DNA of 63,877 nt, counting the filler. It is 5 parts of 5 records of this genome, joined end to end, with 100 filler letters (N's around TTAATTAATTAA, not from the genome) between each part and the next. Parts side by side here need not be neighbours in the genome. Positions count along the whole stretch, not along the records: positions 24,943 to 38,351 come from SRR20825010_2940; positions 38,452 to 41,596 come from SRR20825010_2942; positions 41,697 to 63,877 come from SRR20825010_2944; 2 more parts are not named here. One strand, given 5' to 3'. A program made the translations under genes and the position numbers. Position 1 is the first letter of the stretch. Every line of letters begins with the position of its first letter. Below are positions 32,883 to 43,472 of this stretch, piece after piece. The notes under the pieces are model-generated. The model worked only from the letters and a program-made list of their open reading frames with translations. It did not search any database and had not been told where the DNA came from.

Positions 32883-34051
32883 CAAGTACTGTGGTTGAAC
32901 TGGCGCAGCCTTTGAATGGCTTCGTCCAGGTTCTCCATCGAATTGGCATACGAAAACCGCATCATTTCACTGCCCCGGTATTGAGAAAAATCTTTGCCGG
33001 GCACGGCACATACCCACGCTTTTTCCAGTAATTCCCTGCAATACGCATCGCTGTCGAAGGGCGCTTTTGCGTAGATGTAGAAGGCGGAGTCTGGTGTCGA
33101 GTGCAGTTCAATGCCCGCTTTGGGCAACGCCTCGACCATGAAGTTTCTTCTTGCTTTGAATACCTGGCGCCGTTCTTCGCAAATGGCCAGGGTTTCCGGG
33201 GTAAAGCAGGCAAGCGCAGCCCACTGCGCCGGGGTGTTGGGGCAAATGCTCAGGTTCTGGGCAAAGCGCTCAATGACTGGCAGCAGACTTTCCGGCACCA
33301 CCATCCATCCCAAGCGCAACCCTGTCATTCCGAAGTATTTTGAAAAGCTGTTGATGACCACCAAGGGCATTTGTTCACTGGGTGCGCCCGTTACTTGCAA
33401 AACACTTTGAGCAGGAAGGTCATAGCACAAGGACTGGTAAATCTCATCCACAATTGTGAAGCCGCCGCGCAGTGTGACGCCGTTGGCAATTTCCTTCATT
33501 GCAGTGGTGGTCAGTTGTGTGCCCGTGGGGTTGTTGGGCGAGGCAAGCAACACACCCGCTGTTTGATCGGTCCAGTGGTTTGACAGGTCGGCCCAGCCGG
33601 GCTGGAAGTTTTCGCATTCCTGTGTTTGCACAAAGCTTGGGTGGCCACCTGCCATTTGCACAAAAGTTTTGTTGCAGGGGTAGCCAGGGTCGGTTAACAG
33701 CACCTCCTGGCCGGGGTTGATCATTGCCAGGCAGGCGTACATCAAGGCCGCAGAAGCGCCAGAAGTAATCACGATTTGTGTTGCCGGCACGTCGACATTG
33801 AATGTGCTTAGGTAGTAATGGCTGATGGCCTGCCGCAATTCAGGCAAACCCAATGCAGGGGTGTAACGGGTTTTGTTGTCGGCCACGGCCTTTGTCAGTG
33901 CTATTTGCACGGGTTCTGGCATGGGGAAATCCGGTTCCCCGATGGACAGGTGAATTACCGGTTTTCCCTGGGCTTCCAGGGCGTCGGCCTGTTTCACCAG
34001 TTCCATCACATGGAAGGGTTGTATTAACTTGCCAAGATCAGACTGCTTCAA
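32879..34051 (-). CDS. PLP-dependent aminotransferase class I/II (start uncertain; TTG at 34051 chosen)
   Basis: IGEPDF, SPNNPTG, DEIY, SFSKYFGMTGLRLGW. Confidence 0.93.
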   Translation of the reverse strand: MKQSDLGKLIQPFHVMELVKQADALEAQGKPVIHLSIGEPDFPMPEPVQIALTKAVADNKTRYTPALGLPELRQAISHYYLSTFNVDVPATQIVITSGASAALMYACLAMINPGQEVLLTDPGYPCNKTFVQMAGGHPSFVQTQECENFQPGWADLSNHWTDQTAGVLLASPNNPTGTQLTTTAMKEIANGVTLRGGFTIVDEIYQSLCYDLPAQSVLQVTGAPSEQMPLVVINSFSKYFGMTGLRLGWMVVPESLLPVIERFAQNLSICPNTPAQWAALACFTPETLAICEERRQVFKARRNFMVEALPKAGIELHSTPDSAFYIYAKAPFDSDAYCRELLEKAWVCAVPGKDFSQYRGSEMMRFSYANSMENLDEAIQRLRQFNHSTC

Positions 34052-34174
34052 TTCTTCACCATTGTTAGTGAGTGGCGCCAACAAGTTGCGCGATTTGTGG
34101 AAACCCCTAGGGACAGCCTCTCCGGCTGGGCCTATAATTTTCGGTTCTGTTGTTCACCTCAAAGAGAAGATTAT

Positions 34175-36490
34175 ATGGCTCAACCAATGGATCAGCGCTT
34201 CAGGCAAGCCGCCCTTGAATATCATGAATTTCCAAAGCCTGGAAAGTTGCAGATTTCGGCGACGAAAAGCCTGGTCAACCAGCGTGACCTGGCCTTGGCC
34301 TATTCTCCCGGTGTGGCGGCAGCATGCGAAGAAATTGAAGCAGATCCGTCCACTGCAGTGCGTTACACCGCCAAGGGCAACCTGGTGGGGGTGGTCACCA
34401 ACGGTACGGCGGTGCTGGGTCTGGGCAATATTGGACCTTTGGCAGCCAAGCCTGTGATGGAAGGCAAGGCGGTGTTGTTCAAGAAGTTCGCCGGCATTGA
34501 CGTGTTCGACATTGAGATCAACGAAAGCGACCCCGACAAGCTGATTGAAATTATTGCTTCGCTGGAACCCACTTTTGGTGGCATTAACCTTGAAGACATC
34601 AAGGCCCCGGATTGTTTCAAGGTAGAGCGCGCTTTGCGCAGCCGCATGAACATACCTGTGTTTCACGATGACCAGCACGGCACAGCGATTGTTGTGGGCG
34701 CTGCCATTTTGAACGGGCTAGAGGTTATTGGCAAAAAGATTGACGAGGTCAAGTTTGTGGTGTCTGGCGCAGGCGCGGCCGCGCTGGCTTGCCTTGAATT
34801 GCTGGTTGAGCTTGGCTTGCCCCGCAAAAATGTGTGGGTGACCGATATTGATGGCGTGGTGTACAAAGGCCGCACCACCAATATGGATCCGGACAAAGAC
34901 CTGTTTGCCCAAGACACAGCGGCCCGTACCCTGGCCGATGTCATTAAAGATGCAGACGTGTTTCTGGGTCTGTCTGCCGGCGGTGTGTTGAAGCAAGACA
35001 TGGTGCGTGCCATGGCCGCCAAGCCTATGATTTTGGCGCTGGCCAACCCAACACCTGAAATTTTGCCCGAGCTGGTGAAGGAAGTGCGCGACGATGCAAT
35101 TATGTGCACGGGCCGCACCGATTACCCGAACCAGGTCAACAACGTGTTGTGTTTCCCCTTTATTTTCCGCGGTGCATTGGATGTGGGTGCCACCACCATC
35201 ACCAAGGAAATGGAAATTGCAGCGGTTCGCGCCGTGGCTGAATTGGCCCGCAAAGAACAATCCGATGTAGTGGCTTCCGCTTACCGCACACAGCACTTGA
35301 GCTTTGGCCCTGAATACCTGATTCCCAAGCCTTTTGATCCACGCCTGATTGTGCACATTGCCCCTGCGGTGGCCAAGGCAGCCATGGAAAGTGGGGTGGC
35401 TACACGCCCGATTGCTGATCTGGATGCTTACAAAGACCAGTTGCAGCAGTTCGTATATCACTCCGGCACGTTCATGAAGCCAATCTTCACAGTGGCCAAG
35501 CGCTGCGTGGCTGAAACACCTGAAACCTGCCGCATTGTGTTTGCTGAGGGTGAAGACGAACGCGTGATGCGCGCCGTGCAAGTGGTGGTGGACGAGGCAA
35601 TTGCCAAACCCATCATGATTGGTCGCCCCGCGGTGATCGAGCGCCGCCTGGAACGATTTGGTTTGCGCATCAAGCCTGGTGTTGATTTTGAATTGATCAA
35701 CCCTGAGTACGATGAACGCTACAAAGAATACTGGCGCATGTACCACGACCTGACCAAGCGCAAGGGCGTGACAGAAGCCTACGCCAAAATTGAAATGCGC
35801 CGCCGCAATACCTTGATCGGTTCAATGATGATCAAGAACGGCAACGCAGACGGCATGATCTGTGGCACCTTTGGTACGCATTCGCTGCATTTGCATTATG
35901 TGAACCAGGTGCTGGGCTTGCGTGCAGGTTGCAACACATACGGCGCAATGAACGGCTTGATGTTGACCAACCGACAGGTGTTTCTGGTCGATACCCACGT
36001 AAATTACGACCCCACAGCCGAGCAAATTGCTGAAATTACCTTGATGGCCGCTGAAGAAATGCTGCGTTTGGGCGTGCAGCCCAAGGCGGCATTGCTGTCG
36101 CATTCCAACTTTGGTTCAAGCAACCAGCCATCGGCTGTGAAAATGCGTGAAGCGCTTCATATTTTGCGCAACATCGCACCTTGGCTGGAAGTGGACGGCG
36201 AAATGCATGGCGATTGCGCCATCGACGAAGAGGTGCGCAACACCATTTTCTCGGGTTCTACCCTGACAGGCGAAGCCAACTTGCTGGTCTGCCCCAACAT
36301 TGATGCAGCCAACATTGCATACAACCTGTTGAAATCGGCTGCCGGCAACGGTATTGCAGTGGGCCCTATCTTGTTGGGTTCTGACAAGCCTGTGCATATT
36401 TTGACCGCATCGGCCACCGTTCGGCGCATTGTCAACATGACTGCACTGACTGTTCTGGATTCCAACTCCGAACGCGTCAGCTCAATCTAA
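34175..36490 (+). CDS. maeB: NADP-dependent malic enzyme fused to a PTA-like domain
   Basis: Malic enzyme motifs plus C-terminal [12 protein letters not shown]...VDGEMHGD...RRIVNMTAL. Confidence 0.96.
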   Translation: MAQPMDQRFRQAALEYHEFPKPGKLQISATKSLVNQRDLALAYSPGVAAACEEIEADPSTAVRYTAKGNLVGVVTNGTAVLGLGNIGPLAAKPVMEGKAVLFKKFAGIDVFDIEINESDPDKLIEIIASLEPTFGGINLEDIKAPDCFKVERALRSRMNIPVFHDDQHGTAIVVGAAILNGLEVIGKKIDEVKFVVSGAGAAALACLELLVELGLPRKNVWVTDIDGVVYKGRTTNMDPDKDLFAQDTAARTLADVIKDADVFLGLSAGGVLKQDMVRAMAAKPMILALANPTPEILPELVKEVRDDAIMCTGRTDYPNQVNNVLCFPFIFRGALDVGATTITKEMEIAAVRAVAELARKEQSDVVASAYRTQHLSFGPEYLIPKPFDPRLIVHIAPAVAKAAMESGVATRPIADLDAYKDQLQQFVYHSGTFMKPIFTVAKRCVAETPETCRIVFAEGEDERVMRAVQVVVDEAIAKPIMIGRPAVIERRLERFGLRIKPGVDFELINPEYDERYKEYWRMYHDLTKRKGVTEAYAKIEMRRRNTLIGSMMIKNGNADGMICGTFGTHSLHLHYVNQVLGLRAGCNTYGAMNGLMLTNRQVFLVDTHVNYDPTAEQIAEITLMAAEEMLRLGVQPKAALLSHSNFGSSNQPSAVKMREALHILRNIAPWLEVDGEMHGDCAIDEEVRNTIFSGSTLTGEANLLVCPNIDAANIAYNLLKSAAGNGIAVGPILLGSDKPVHILTASATVRRIVNMTALTVLDSNSERVSSI

Positions 36491-36575
36491 AGTAGATTTT
36501 TAAAACAACAAATGGGCGTGCAAGTCACGCCTGTTTTTGTTTTAACTTATTTACAATGTGTCGCACAATGGTGTC

Positions 36576-37778
36576 ATGAGCGAACACGACATATTTCACA
36601 CTGAAGATCATGATGATGTCACCGGCCTGGTGTTGTCGGGCGGCGGTGCGCGCGCTGCTTACCAGGTAGGCGTGCTGCATCAGTTGGCAAAATGGTTTGA
36701 ACATGAAAACAAACGCGAGTTTGATTTTCCCTTCAAGATTTTGTGTGGTACTTCCGCAGGGGCCATCAACGCTGCAGCACTGGCGTGTGCGGGCAGAAAT
36801 TTTTACCAATCCACCGACCGCATGATGAAGGTGTGGGAGAACTTCAGTTCGGAACAGGTTTTCCGTTCGGATTCCCTCGGGATCATAAGAACAGGCGCAC
36901 GCTGGTTGTCTGCCCTGTCGATCGGCTGGATGCTGCGAAAACGCCCCAAGTGCCTGCTCGACAATTCACCCCTATCGCATTTGATGCACCAGTTGTTGCA
37001 CTTTCGCCGACTGGATGAAGCGCTTGAAAATGGCACCATCCATGCTTTGGCTGTCACGGCATCAAGCTACAGTTCAGGCCGAAGCGTCACTTTTTTTCAA
37101 ACACAGAAAGTTGTTGAAAGCTGGGCAAGAACCCAGCGGGTGGCTTTGCCCGATCGAATTACGGTTGAACACCTGTTGGCTTCTGCAGCCATTCCCTTCG
37201 TATTTCCAGCAGTAAAGCTGAATATCGAGGGGCACATGGAGCACTTTGGCGATGGTTCAATTCGCCAGTTGGCACCCATTAGCCCGGCCATTCACCTAGG
37301 TGCAAACAGGGTAATGGTGATTGGTTCCAGCCAATCAGACAAAGACCACACGGCGGCCGTTGAAGTACAGAATGAATACCCCAGCCTTGCGCAAATTGCA
37401 GGCCACGCCATGGCGTCCATTTTCCTGGACAGTTTGTCAATCGACATTGAACGACTAAGCCGGGTGAACAAAACCTTGGGTTTGTTGCCGCCTGAAATGT
37501 CCACGAGAACAGCTTTGAAGCCGATCGAGTTGTTGGTCATTTCCCCTTCTGAACGAATTGATGAAATTGCAGCGCGGCACACGCAAGATTTGCCGCGCCC
37601 TGTGCGCACCTTGCTGTCAGCCTTGGGCGCGACAGAGGCCAGTGGTTCTTCTTTGGCCAGTTATCTGTTGTTTGAAGCAAACTACACCCGCGAGTTGATT
37701 CGAATGGGGATTGCAGACACGATCGCCCAACGCGACGAGGTCTACGAGTTCTTTCACTTGGGCAAGTCGGGTAACTGA
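36576..37778 (+). CDS. patatin-like phospholipase
   Basis: GGGARAAYQ, GTSAG, DGS. Confidence 0.93.
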   Translation: MSEHDIFHTEDHDDVTGLVLSGGGARAAYQVGVLHQLAKWFEHENKREFDFPFKILCGTSAGAINAAALACAGRNFYQSTDRMMKVWENFSSEQVFRSDSLGIIRTGARWLSALSIGWMLRKRPKCLLDNSPLSHLMHQLLHFRRLDEALENGTIHALAVTASSYSSGRSVTFFQTQKVVESWARTQRVALPDRITVEHLLASAAIPFVFPAVKLNIEGHMEHFGDGSIRQLAPISPAIHLGANRVMVIGSSQSDKDHTAAVEVQNEYPSLAQIAGHAMASIFLDSLSIDIERLSRVNKTLGLLPPEMSTRTALKPIELLVISPSERIDEIAARHTQDLPRPVRTLLSALGATEASGSSLASYLLFEANYTRELIRMGIADTIAQRDEVYEFFHLGKSGN

Positions 37779-37838
37779 GTTCATTGCCAAGCCGCGTTAC
37801 AATTGGCGCTTCCGGGGCAGTTCAGGCGTATTTTCTTC

Positions 37839-38351
37839 ATGTCTTCACCTTTTGTTTCCGCTGCATGGCATGCCAGAATGACACACGCCGATGTGCCAGA
37901 CGGACTGTGTGTGGCCAGCGGGCCAGCCGTGGAGGTGTTGCGCACCAGTTCGCTTGATGCGGTGGCCCCTCTGATTGACAAGGCCCATGCTTTGGCAATG
38001 CAGGGCATGTATGTGGTCGGTGGCCTAAGCTATGAAGCAGCACCTGCGTTCGATTCGTCGCTGCAGGTGTGTGAAACCAACGATTTTCCCTTGCTGGAAT
38101 TTCATGCCTTCGAGCCCGGACAAATTTCAGTGTGGCCGATCAAGCAGATACAGTCCATGGGGCAGAATGGTTTGTTCCGTCCCTGGCAGGACGCGCAAAC
38201 TTCTGAAGCGTATGCGGATAATTTTGCACAGGTTCGGCGCGCCATCGAGGCGGGCGAGTTTTACCAGATCAACTTGACCACGCGTTTGAAAGCCAGACGT
38301 GAGCCACAAGATTCCTGGGCACTGTTTCAACATTTGTACCTTGCGCAAACC
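37839..38351 (+). CDS. aminodeoxychorismate synthase component I-like protein (5' fragment)
   Basis: GGLSYEAAPAFD and IEAGEFYQINLT, typical of PabB/TrpE chorismate-binding enzymes. Confidence 0.8.
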
Positions 38352-38451
38352 NNNNNNNNNNNNNNNNNNNNNNNNNNNNNNNNNNNNNNNNNNNNTTAAT
38401 TAATTAANNNNNNNNNNNNNNNNNNNNNNNNNNNNNNNNNNNNNNNNNNNN
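38352..38451. other. artificial contig spacer
   Basis: 44 N + TTAATTAATTAA + 44 N. Confidence 0.99.
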
Positions 38452-38722
38452 GGTCCTAAGAAACCGGAGAATTTTTAGTGCTTTACTTTTAAAATTCCCG
38501 GTAAAGTTGCCGGGCTTCAGCTGAGGCCCTAATCAGATCTATCGGGATCTCACTATTAGATCCGTGTAAACGTGGTGAGACACTCCCTGAAAAAGCTTCC
38601 GGTAATTCGACCGTTTTTGTAGTTGCTTTTTCCCTGATAGCTGATTTTTCTGATGGATCCGAGTGCCTTTTGACACTCTTCCAAAGTTTGTTTGTTTAGC
38701 ATAATGTATAAATTGTAGTACC

Positions 38723-39832
38723 ATGGAAACTAGTAATTCTATGAACCGGGTCGACAATTCAGGTGAAAACTATAGGGATTCCGGTGAAATTGACTCGCTC
38801 AGAAGACCAATGGAGTATCCGCTTTACTTTCTTTTCATTCTTTTTCTCTGCTATCTGCTCGTTGACCTGTTTGCCACTTACCTATTGATGGGAAAAATTG
38901 AAGACTGGTTTATTCCTATTTACCACTATGTGGCTGGGTTTGCTCTGATAGCCGTTTATTTTAAATGGTTGTTGCCGGTTTTTTTTGTTCACAAAAGGAG
39001 GCTGTTGGCTGTTTTTTTACTGATTGTTCTGCTGGCCACTTTGATTAGCGTCAAGCTACTCTTCTTTAAATTAGTGCAGTACGAGCTAATCCTGTCCAGG
39101 GTGTTTTTGGTGCATGAGTTTCTTCGGGTTTTTCACTTTCTGGGCTTTACCACAGCTTTTTATATCATGGATTGGAACCTGAAGTTAAAACAGGAAAATT
39201 TTCAAAAAGATATTGAGAATGTGCAGCTGAAGGTCATGCACCGCTCCCTGCAGCTGAGTTCCCATTTTGTACTGAATTCATTAAGTATCTATATGGCCAG
39301 GATTATCAAACTTTCTCCTGACCTGGCAACAGAATTTTCTTATCTGACCTCCCTTCTAAGGTATAGTTTCAAGGAATTTGAAGAGCCTAATTTCTTGATG
39401 GAGGAAGTGAAATCGGTAAAAAATTACCTTGAGATTCAAAAAATGCGGTTTTCACGTCTTACCGTAATTGCAGAAATAGATATTCCCTCCATAGCGGAAA
39501 TGCTACCGATGCCCAAGTTATGCCTGCTTACCTTGGTTGAAAATGTGTTTTTCCACGGCGCATACACCGATGTAGATCATCCCTGTATAATTAAGTTTCT
39601 GCTTGTCCAGAATGAATCAACCGGGGATTGGGTATTCACGGTTAACATAGCCAACAAGGTCCAACGCTTGGGTGTAAAGCCCCGCTCAGGTTTTGGTGCC
39701 TCTTCCGTTTTCCGTGTGCTTGCCCATGAATTTGGTGAGGGTTTTCACTACAGCATTGAATCAGGTGAGTCTACTTATTCTTTACTACTAACTATACATT
39801 ATGGAAAAGCGATACAAAATCGGTCTGATTGA
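38723..39832 (+). CDS. LytS/YehU-family membrane sensor histidine kinase (start may be 38810)
   Basis: About four TM helices, H-box LQLSSHFVLNSL, LLRYS, EEV...YLEIQKMRF, LLTLVENVFFHG, SGFG. Confidence 0.88.
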   Translation: METSNSMNRVDNSGENYRDSGEIDSLRRPMEYPLYFLFILFLCYLLVDLFATYLLMGKIEDWFIPIYHYVAGFALIAVYFKWLLPVFFVHKRRLLAVFLLIVLLATLISVKLLFFKLVQYELILSRVFLVHEFLRVFHFLGFTTAFYIMDWNLKLKQENFQKDIENVQLKVMHRSLQLSSHFVLNSLSIYMARIIKLSPDLATEFSYLTSLLRYSFKEFEEPNFLMEEVKSVKNYLEIQKMRFSRLTVIAEIDIPSIAEMLPMPKLCLLTLVENVFFHGAYTDVDHPCIIKFLLVQNESTGDWVFTVNIANKVQRLGVKPRSGFGASSVFRVLAHEFGEGFHYSIESGESTYSLLLTIHYGKAIQNRSD

Positions 39833-40529
39833 CGATGAGGTAAACTCCCTGGAAATATTGGCTCAGGAAATCTCCATGCTTCAAGGATTTGATGTGGGTT
39901 TTTCAACAGTTGATCCGGTCATGGGATTGGAGTACATACTGAATGGAAAGGCGGATATCCTGATTACAGACATTATGATGCCTGAACTGGGTGGACTGGA
40001 ATTATCCAGACAACTGATAGATTCCGGTATTCCCGTGATTATCTGTACCGGACACTCCAAATATGCTACGCAGGGCTATAAGGTGGAAGCCCTTGGGTTT
40101 TTGCAAAAACCGCCTGATCCGATTGAACTGGCCGAGGCTCTGGATATAGCCAAAAAAAAACTGGATTCCCTTTACTGGCTCAGGAAAGAAGTAGAAGGCG
40201 GATTTGTGGTGGTTGGGGATGACCTTGGGCATTTGCGGCAGGTAGTCTGGCCTGCTGAAATATTGTATATGGAACAGCAAAACAAGAAATCCATTGTGAA
40301 AATGGTGGATGGGAGTGAGTTCATTCTGGTTTCATCATTTATGGAAAGCCTTAGGAAACTCAAGTCCAGACATATGGTGAGGGTGCACCAGTCTTATGCG
40401 GTAAATATCCTAAAGGTGAGAAAAGTTCAATCAGATGAATGCGAACTGGTATCCGGGGATAAGATATCCATGAGCAAAACGTATAGGGAGGAATTGAGAC
40501 GGATTTTTGAGATCAAAAGAATCCAATGA
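39801..40529 (+). CDS. LytTR-family response regulator
   Basis: Receiver motifs IDDE, ITDIMMP, CTG, QKP; LytTR motif VRVHQSYAVN...MSKTYR. Confidence 0.93.
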   Translation: MEKRYKIGLIDDEVNSLEILAQEISMLQGFDVGFSTVDPVMGLEYILNGKADILITDIMMPELGGLELSRQLIDSGIPVIICTGHSKYATQGYKVEALGFLQKPPDPIELAEALDIAKKKLDSLYWLRKEVEGGFVVVGDDLGHLRQVVWPAEILYMEQQNKKSIVKMVDGSEFILVSSFMESLRKLKSRHMVRVHQSYAVNILKVRKVQSDECELVSGDKISMSKTYREELRRIFEIKRIQ

Positions 40530-40538
40530 TGGGCCCAG

Positions 40539-41596
40539 TTATCCTCCTGAAATGAATTTAGGTTTTGGCCAGGATTGGGTGGTTACCCGGGGGATACTAT
40601 AAATCTGCTTGCCTAGTTCCCTGTAAAGCCTGTATCTGATCCTGCGCTCATGATGCTGTGTTTCCTGCGGAAAAAACCGGTTGACCATCATGTGTAGGTG
40701 GTTTAGCAGAAAAAGGATTCCGGAATTACCCAGCGTTTCAAAATAGCCATGGGAGCGAATGATATTGAGGTAGGTTGATGTTGGGAATCTTTTGTTGTCA
40801 TTATTAGAAACATAGGTGAAAACTGATTTAAACGCTGATACATGGTGGTATGGCATGCGTTTGACTTCGTCTTTGATTTCCTCAAACAAATAGCGGTAGT
40901 TGGGAGACTGGGATAATATAAGTGTCCAGAGTCTGACTATAAGGTTTTCTTTATCATCTGGAGCACCATGCAGGTGAAGAATGCGATGGGCTTTTGAGGC
41001 CAGAAATTTTGATTCCATATGGAACAGACGGTGTGAAATTTCCAGTTCTTTAATCCCGTATTTTGAGGTTTCGGGAAAATAGGAAGCAGTTTTCCAGTCC
41101 AGCCCTTCCTGATCGAGCAATTCTGAAAATGTGGTCAACAGTTCATTTTTTTGCTTTGGCGGTACCTCTAAAAGGCGTAGGCGGACTTGCGTTGCCCCGT
41201 TCTTTCCATAGATCAGAAAAAACCAGCACGGGACTATGGAGCTCACCTTCGGCTTTTTCAGGTGTTGGAACAGGCACTCCAATACTTCAGGGACATCAGA
41301 GTCATCAAGGGTAAGTATGAAGCAGAGGCAGTTGTCCTGTACTTTGGTTATCGGATTAAACTGCCAAGTGGAAGTGGCGGTAGGCAGAGGTCTGGAGTAT
41401 TGGAATACAAACTGTGGGTAGGCTGCAGTACCTTTTGATGAGCAGAATAATCCGGCAGGAAACCAAGATGGATCACTGATGGTCAATTTGGAGCGTCTAA
41501 GTTCCTGCCAGAGTATCTGCAGGTCGTCCTTTTGGTACCGGTTGAGCAGTAACTCCCTGTCTGCATGTCCGGCTAGTATGTACTGGGGAATGCCCA
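40539..41596 (-). CDS. lanB: class I lanthipeptide dehydratase LanB, C-terminal part (end of glutamylation domain plus elimination domain); 5' end missing
   Basis: The frame stays open to the contig end (GIPQYILAGHADRELLLN...LQILWQEL), followed by WFFLIY...VRLRL, YFPETSKYG, LFHMES, HLHMMVNRFF and HERRI. These match Lant_dehydr_C motifs in the expected order. Confidence 0.8.
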
Positions 41597-41696
41597 NNNN
41601 NNNNNNNNNNNNNNNNNNNNNNNNNNNNNNNNNNNNNNNNTTAATTAATTAANNNNNNNNNNNNNNNNNNNNNNNNNNNNNNNNNNNNNNNNNNNN
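41597..41696. other. artificial contig spacer
   Basis: 44 N + TTAATTAATTAA + 44 N. Confidence 0.99.
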
Positions 41697-42419
41697 GGCA
41701 AGATCGTTTCCACCAGCCAGGAAGTTGACGTGATGGTTCTGGAAGTTGATCCAGCCAAGCGTCGTATTTCTCTCGGCCTCAAGCAGTGTGGTGAGAACCC
41801 GTGGGAAGCCTTTGCTTCCAAGTTCCCACAGAACACAGAGATCGAAGGCGAAGTCAAAAACATCACCGAATTTGGCCTGTTTATCGGCCTCGACGGCGAT
41901 GTGGACGGCATGGTTCACCTGTCCGATCTCGATTGGGAACGTTCCGGCGAAGATGCGATCCAGGAGTACAAAAAAGGCGACATGGTCAAAGCTGTTGTCC
42001 TCGACGTCGACACCAAGAAAGAGCGTATCAGCCTCGGCATCAAGCAGTTGGCTGGCGATCCTTTCACCAACGTGTCTGCGAAGAAGCGTGGCGAGCAAGT
42101 GACCTGTGTTGTTAAGGTCGTGAACGAGAACGGCATCGAAGTTGAAGTTGGCGACACCGGTGTTACAGCCTTTATCCGCCGCTCGGACCTCGCCCGTGAC
42201 CGTGGTGACCAGCGCCCAGAGCGTTTCGCTGAAGGCGACAAGGTTGACGCAATGGTAACCGGCATGGACAAAGGTAGCCGCAAGCTTAACCTGTCCATCA
42301 AGGCGCTTGAAGTTGCAGAAGAAAAAGCCGCTGTTGAGCAGTATGGCTCCGCCGATTCGGGCGCAAGCCTCGGCGATATTCTTGGTGCAGCTCTCGAGAA
42401 AGCCAAAGAAGACAAATAA
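41697..42419 (+). CDS. rpsA: 30S ribosomal protein S1 (3' part)
   Basis: S1 repeats RRISLGLKQ and GMVHLSDLDW; alphaproteobacterial tail YGSADSGASLGDIL. Confidence 0.97.
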   Translation, partial: GKIVSTSQEVDVMVLEVDPAKRRISLGLKQCGENPWEAFASKFPQNTEIEGEVKNITEFGLFIGLDGDVDGMVHLSDLDWERSGEDAIQEYKKGDMVKAVVLDVDTKKERISLGIKQLAGDPFTNVSAKKRGEQVTCVVKVVNENGIEVEVGDTGVTAFIRRSDLARDRGDQRPERFAEGDKVDAMVTGMDKGSRKLNLSIKALEVAEEKAAVEQYGSADSGASLGDILGAALEKAKEDK

Positions 42420-42444
42420 TCTGCACCAGCAGGTTAGAGATGCG

Positions 42445-42475
42445 AAAGGCCGTCCCAAATTGGGGCGGCCTTTTT
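42445..42475 (+). terminator. intrinsic terminator of rpsA
   Basis: AAAGGCCGTCCC, loop, GGGGCGGCCTTT, T-run. Confidence 0.85.
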
Positions 42476-42667
42476 GCTTTTCTGCATGAAAATGACACAC
42501 CACGGCCATGTCTTTCCCTTAGCTTTGATAAAACTTCTGTTAAAAGCCCTTTCCTTTGAAAGGCTTATCTTGACGTGGGCGAGATCAGGTGGCACGCTTG
42601 GCTTTCTGGACACGGGTAGCTTCGTTTAGAGTGATGCTGACAAAATTGCCCCGAGGGGAGGACATCG

Positions 42668-42946
42668 ATGATAAAGTCCGAGTTGATTGCAAAAATTTCT
42701 GAAGCCAATCCCCACCTGTATTACCGGGATGTTGAACGTATTGTTTCGAAGATTTTTGATGAAATTACCGCAGCACTCTCACGAGGAGATCGGGTTGAAC
42801 TCCGCGGTTTTGGTGCTTTTTCTGTGAAAGAACGGCCTGCTCGGGTCGGGCGCAATCCGCGCACCGGTGAGAAGGTTGAGGTTGCTGAAAAACGCGTGCC
42901 TTACTTTAAAACCGGTAAAGACTTGCGAGAGCGCCTGAACAAATAA
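42668..42946 (+). CDS. ihfB: integration host factor beta subunit
   Basis: [38 protein letters not shown]. Confidence 0.97.
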   Translation: MIKSELIAKISEANPHLYYRDVERIVSKIFDEITAALSRGDRVELRGFGAFSVKERPARVGRNPRTGEKVEVAEKRVPYFKTGKDLRERLNK

Positions 42947-43009
42947 GCAAGCTGGGCATCTCTGCCCAACTCGCTGCCATTGCGCATCAGTAATTTTTGA
43001 GAGAGTGTC

Positions 43010-43384
43010 ATGGCAAAGTCGCTCATGTTGATGATTCGCCGTCTTTTCTGGCTTTTGCTGGCGGCGGGTCTTGTCCTTTTTTCCATCAATAACCGTGCTT
43101 GGCTCCCGCTCACGTTCGAACCCTTTGGTTTCTCACTAGAGCTGCCGGTTTACGGCATTCTCTTCCTTGGCATTTTTATCGGGCTTCTTGTTGCCGCTGG
43201 TGTAACAGGGTGGCTCCGGCTGAAGGGCTTTGCCGCAAGGCGGCAGGCCGAGCGCCGCGCCGGTTATCTGGAGGATCAGGTTTCTGCCCTTTCGGAGGAC
43301 GCCCACAAATCCCACGCGGACGAGGCGCACTCTAACGTGCGGGCTGCGACCGAAGCCTTGCCAAACCGGGCCAAACAGGGCTAA
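43010..43384 (+). CDS. LapA-family (lipopolysaccharide assembly protein A) membrane protein
   Basis: Two TM helices with FSINNR...ELP, then a coiled coil; follows ihfB. Confidence 0.8.
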   Translation: MAKSLMLMIRRLFWLLLAAGLVLFSINNRAWLPLTFEPFGFSLELPVYGILFLGIFIGLLVAAGVTGWLRLKGFAARRQAERRAGYLEDQVSALSEDAHKSHADEAHSNVRAATEALPNRAKQG

Positions 43385-43472
43385 AGAGCGCTAATTGCTG
43401 CTAGGCAATGGTTCAGCGCCAAGAAACTACCCTATACAGAATACCACCCTATTCAGAACGAAGGACGCCCGC

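Noticed and set aside
10630..36490. Two malic enzyme genes suggesting a duplication
   Set aside because: They are on different contigs from different organisms and have different architectures.
38539..38757. 72-aa minus-strand ORF as a lanthipeptide precursor
   Set aside because: No Cys, no Ser/Thr/Cys-rich core or LanA-type leader, and it overlaps the kinase start region.
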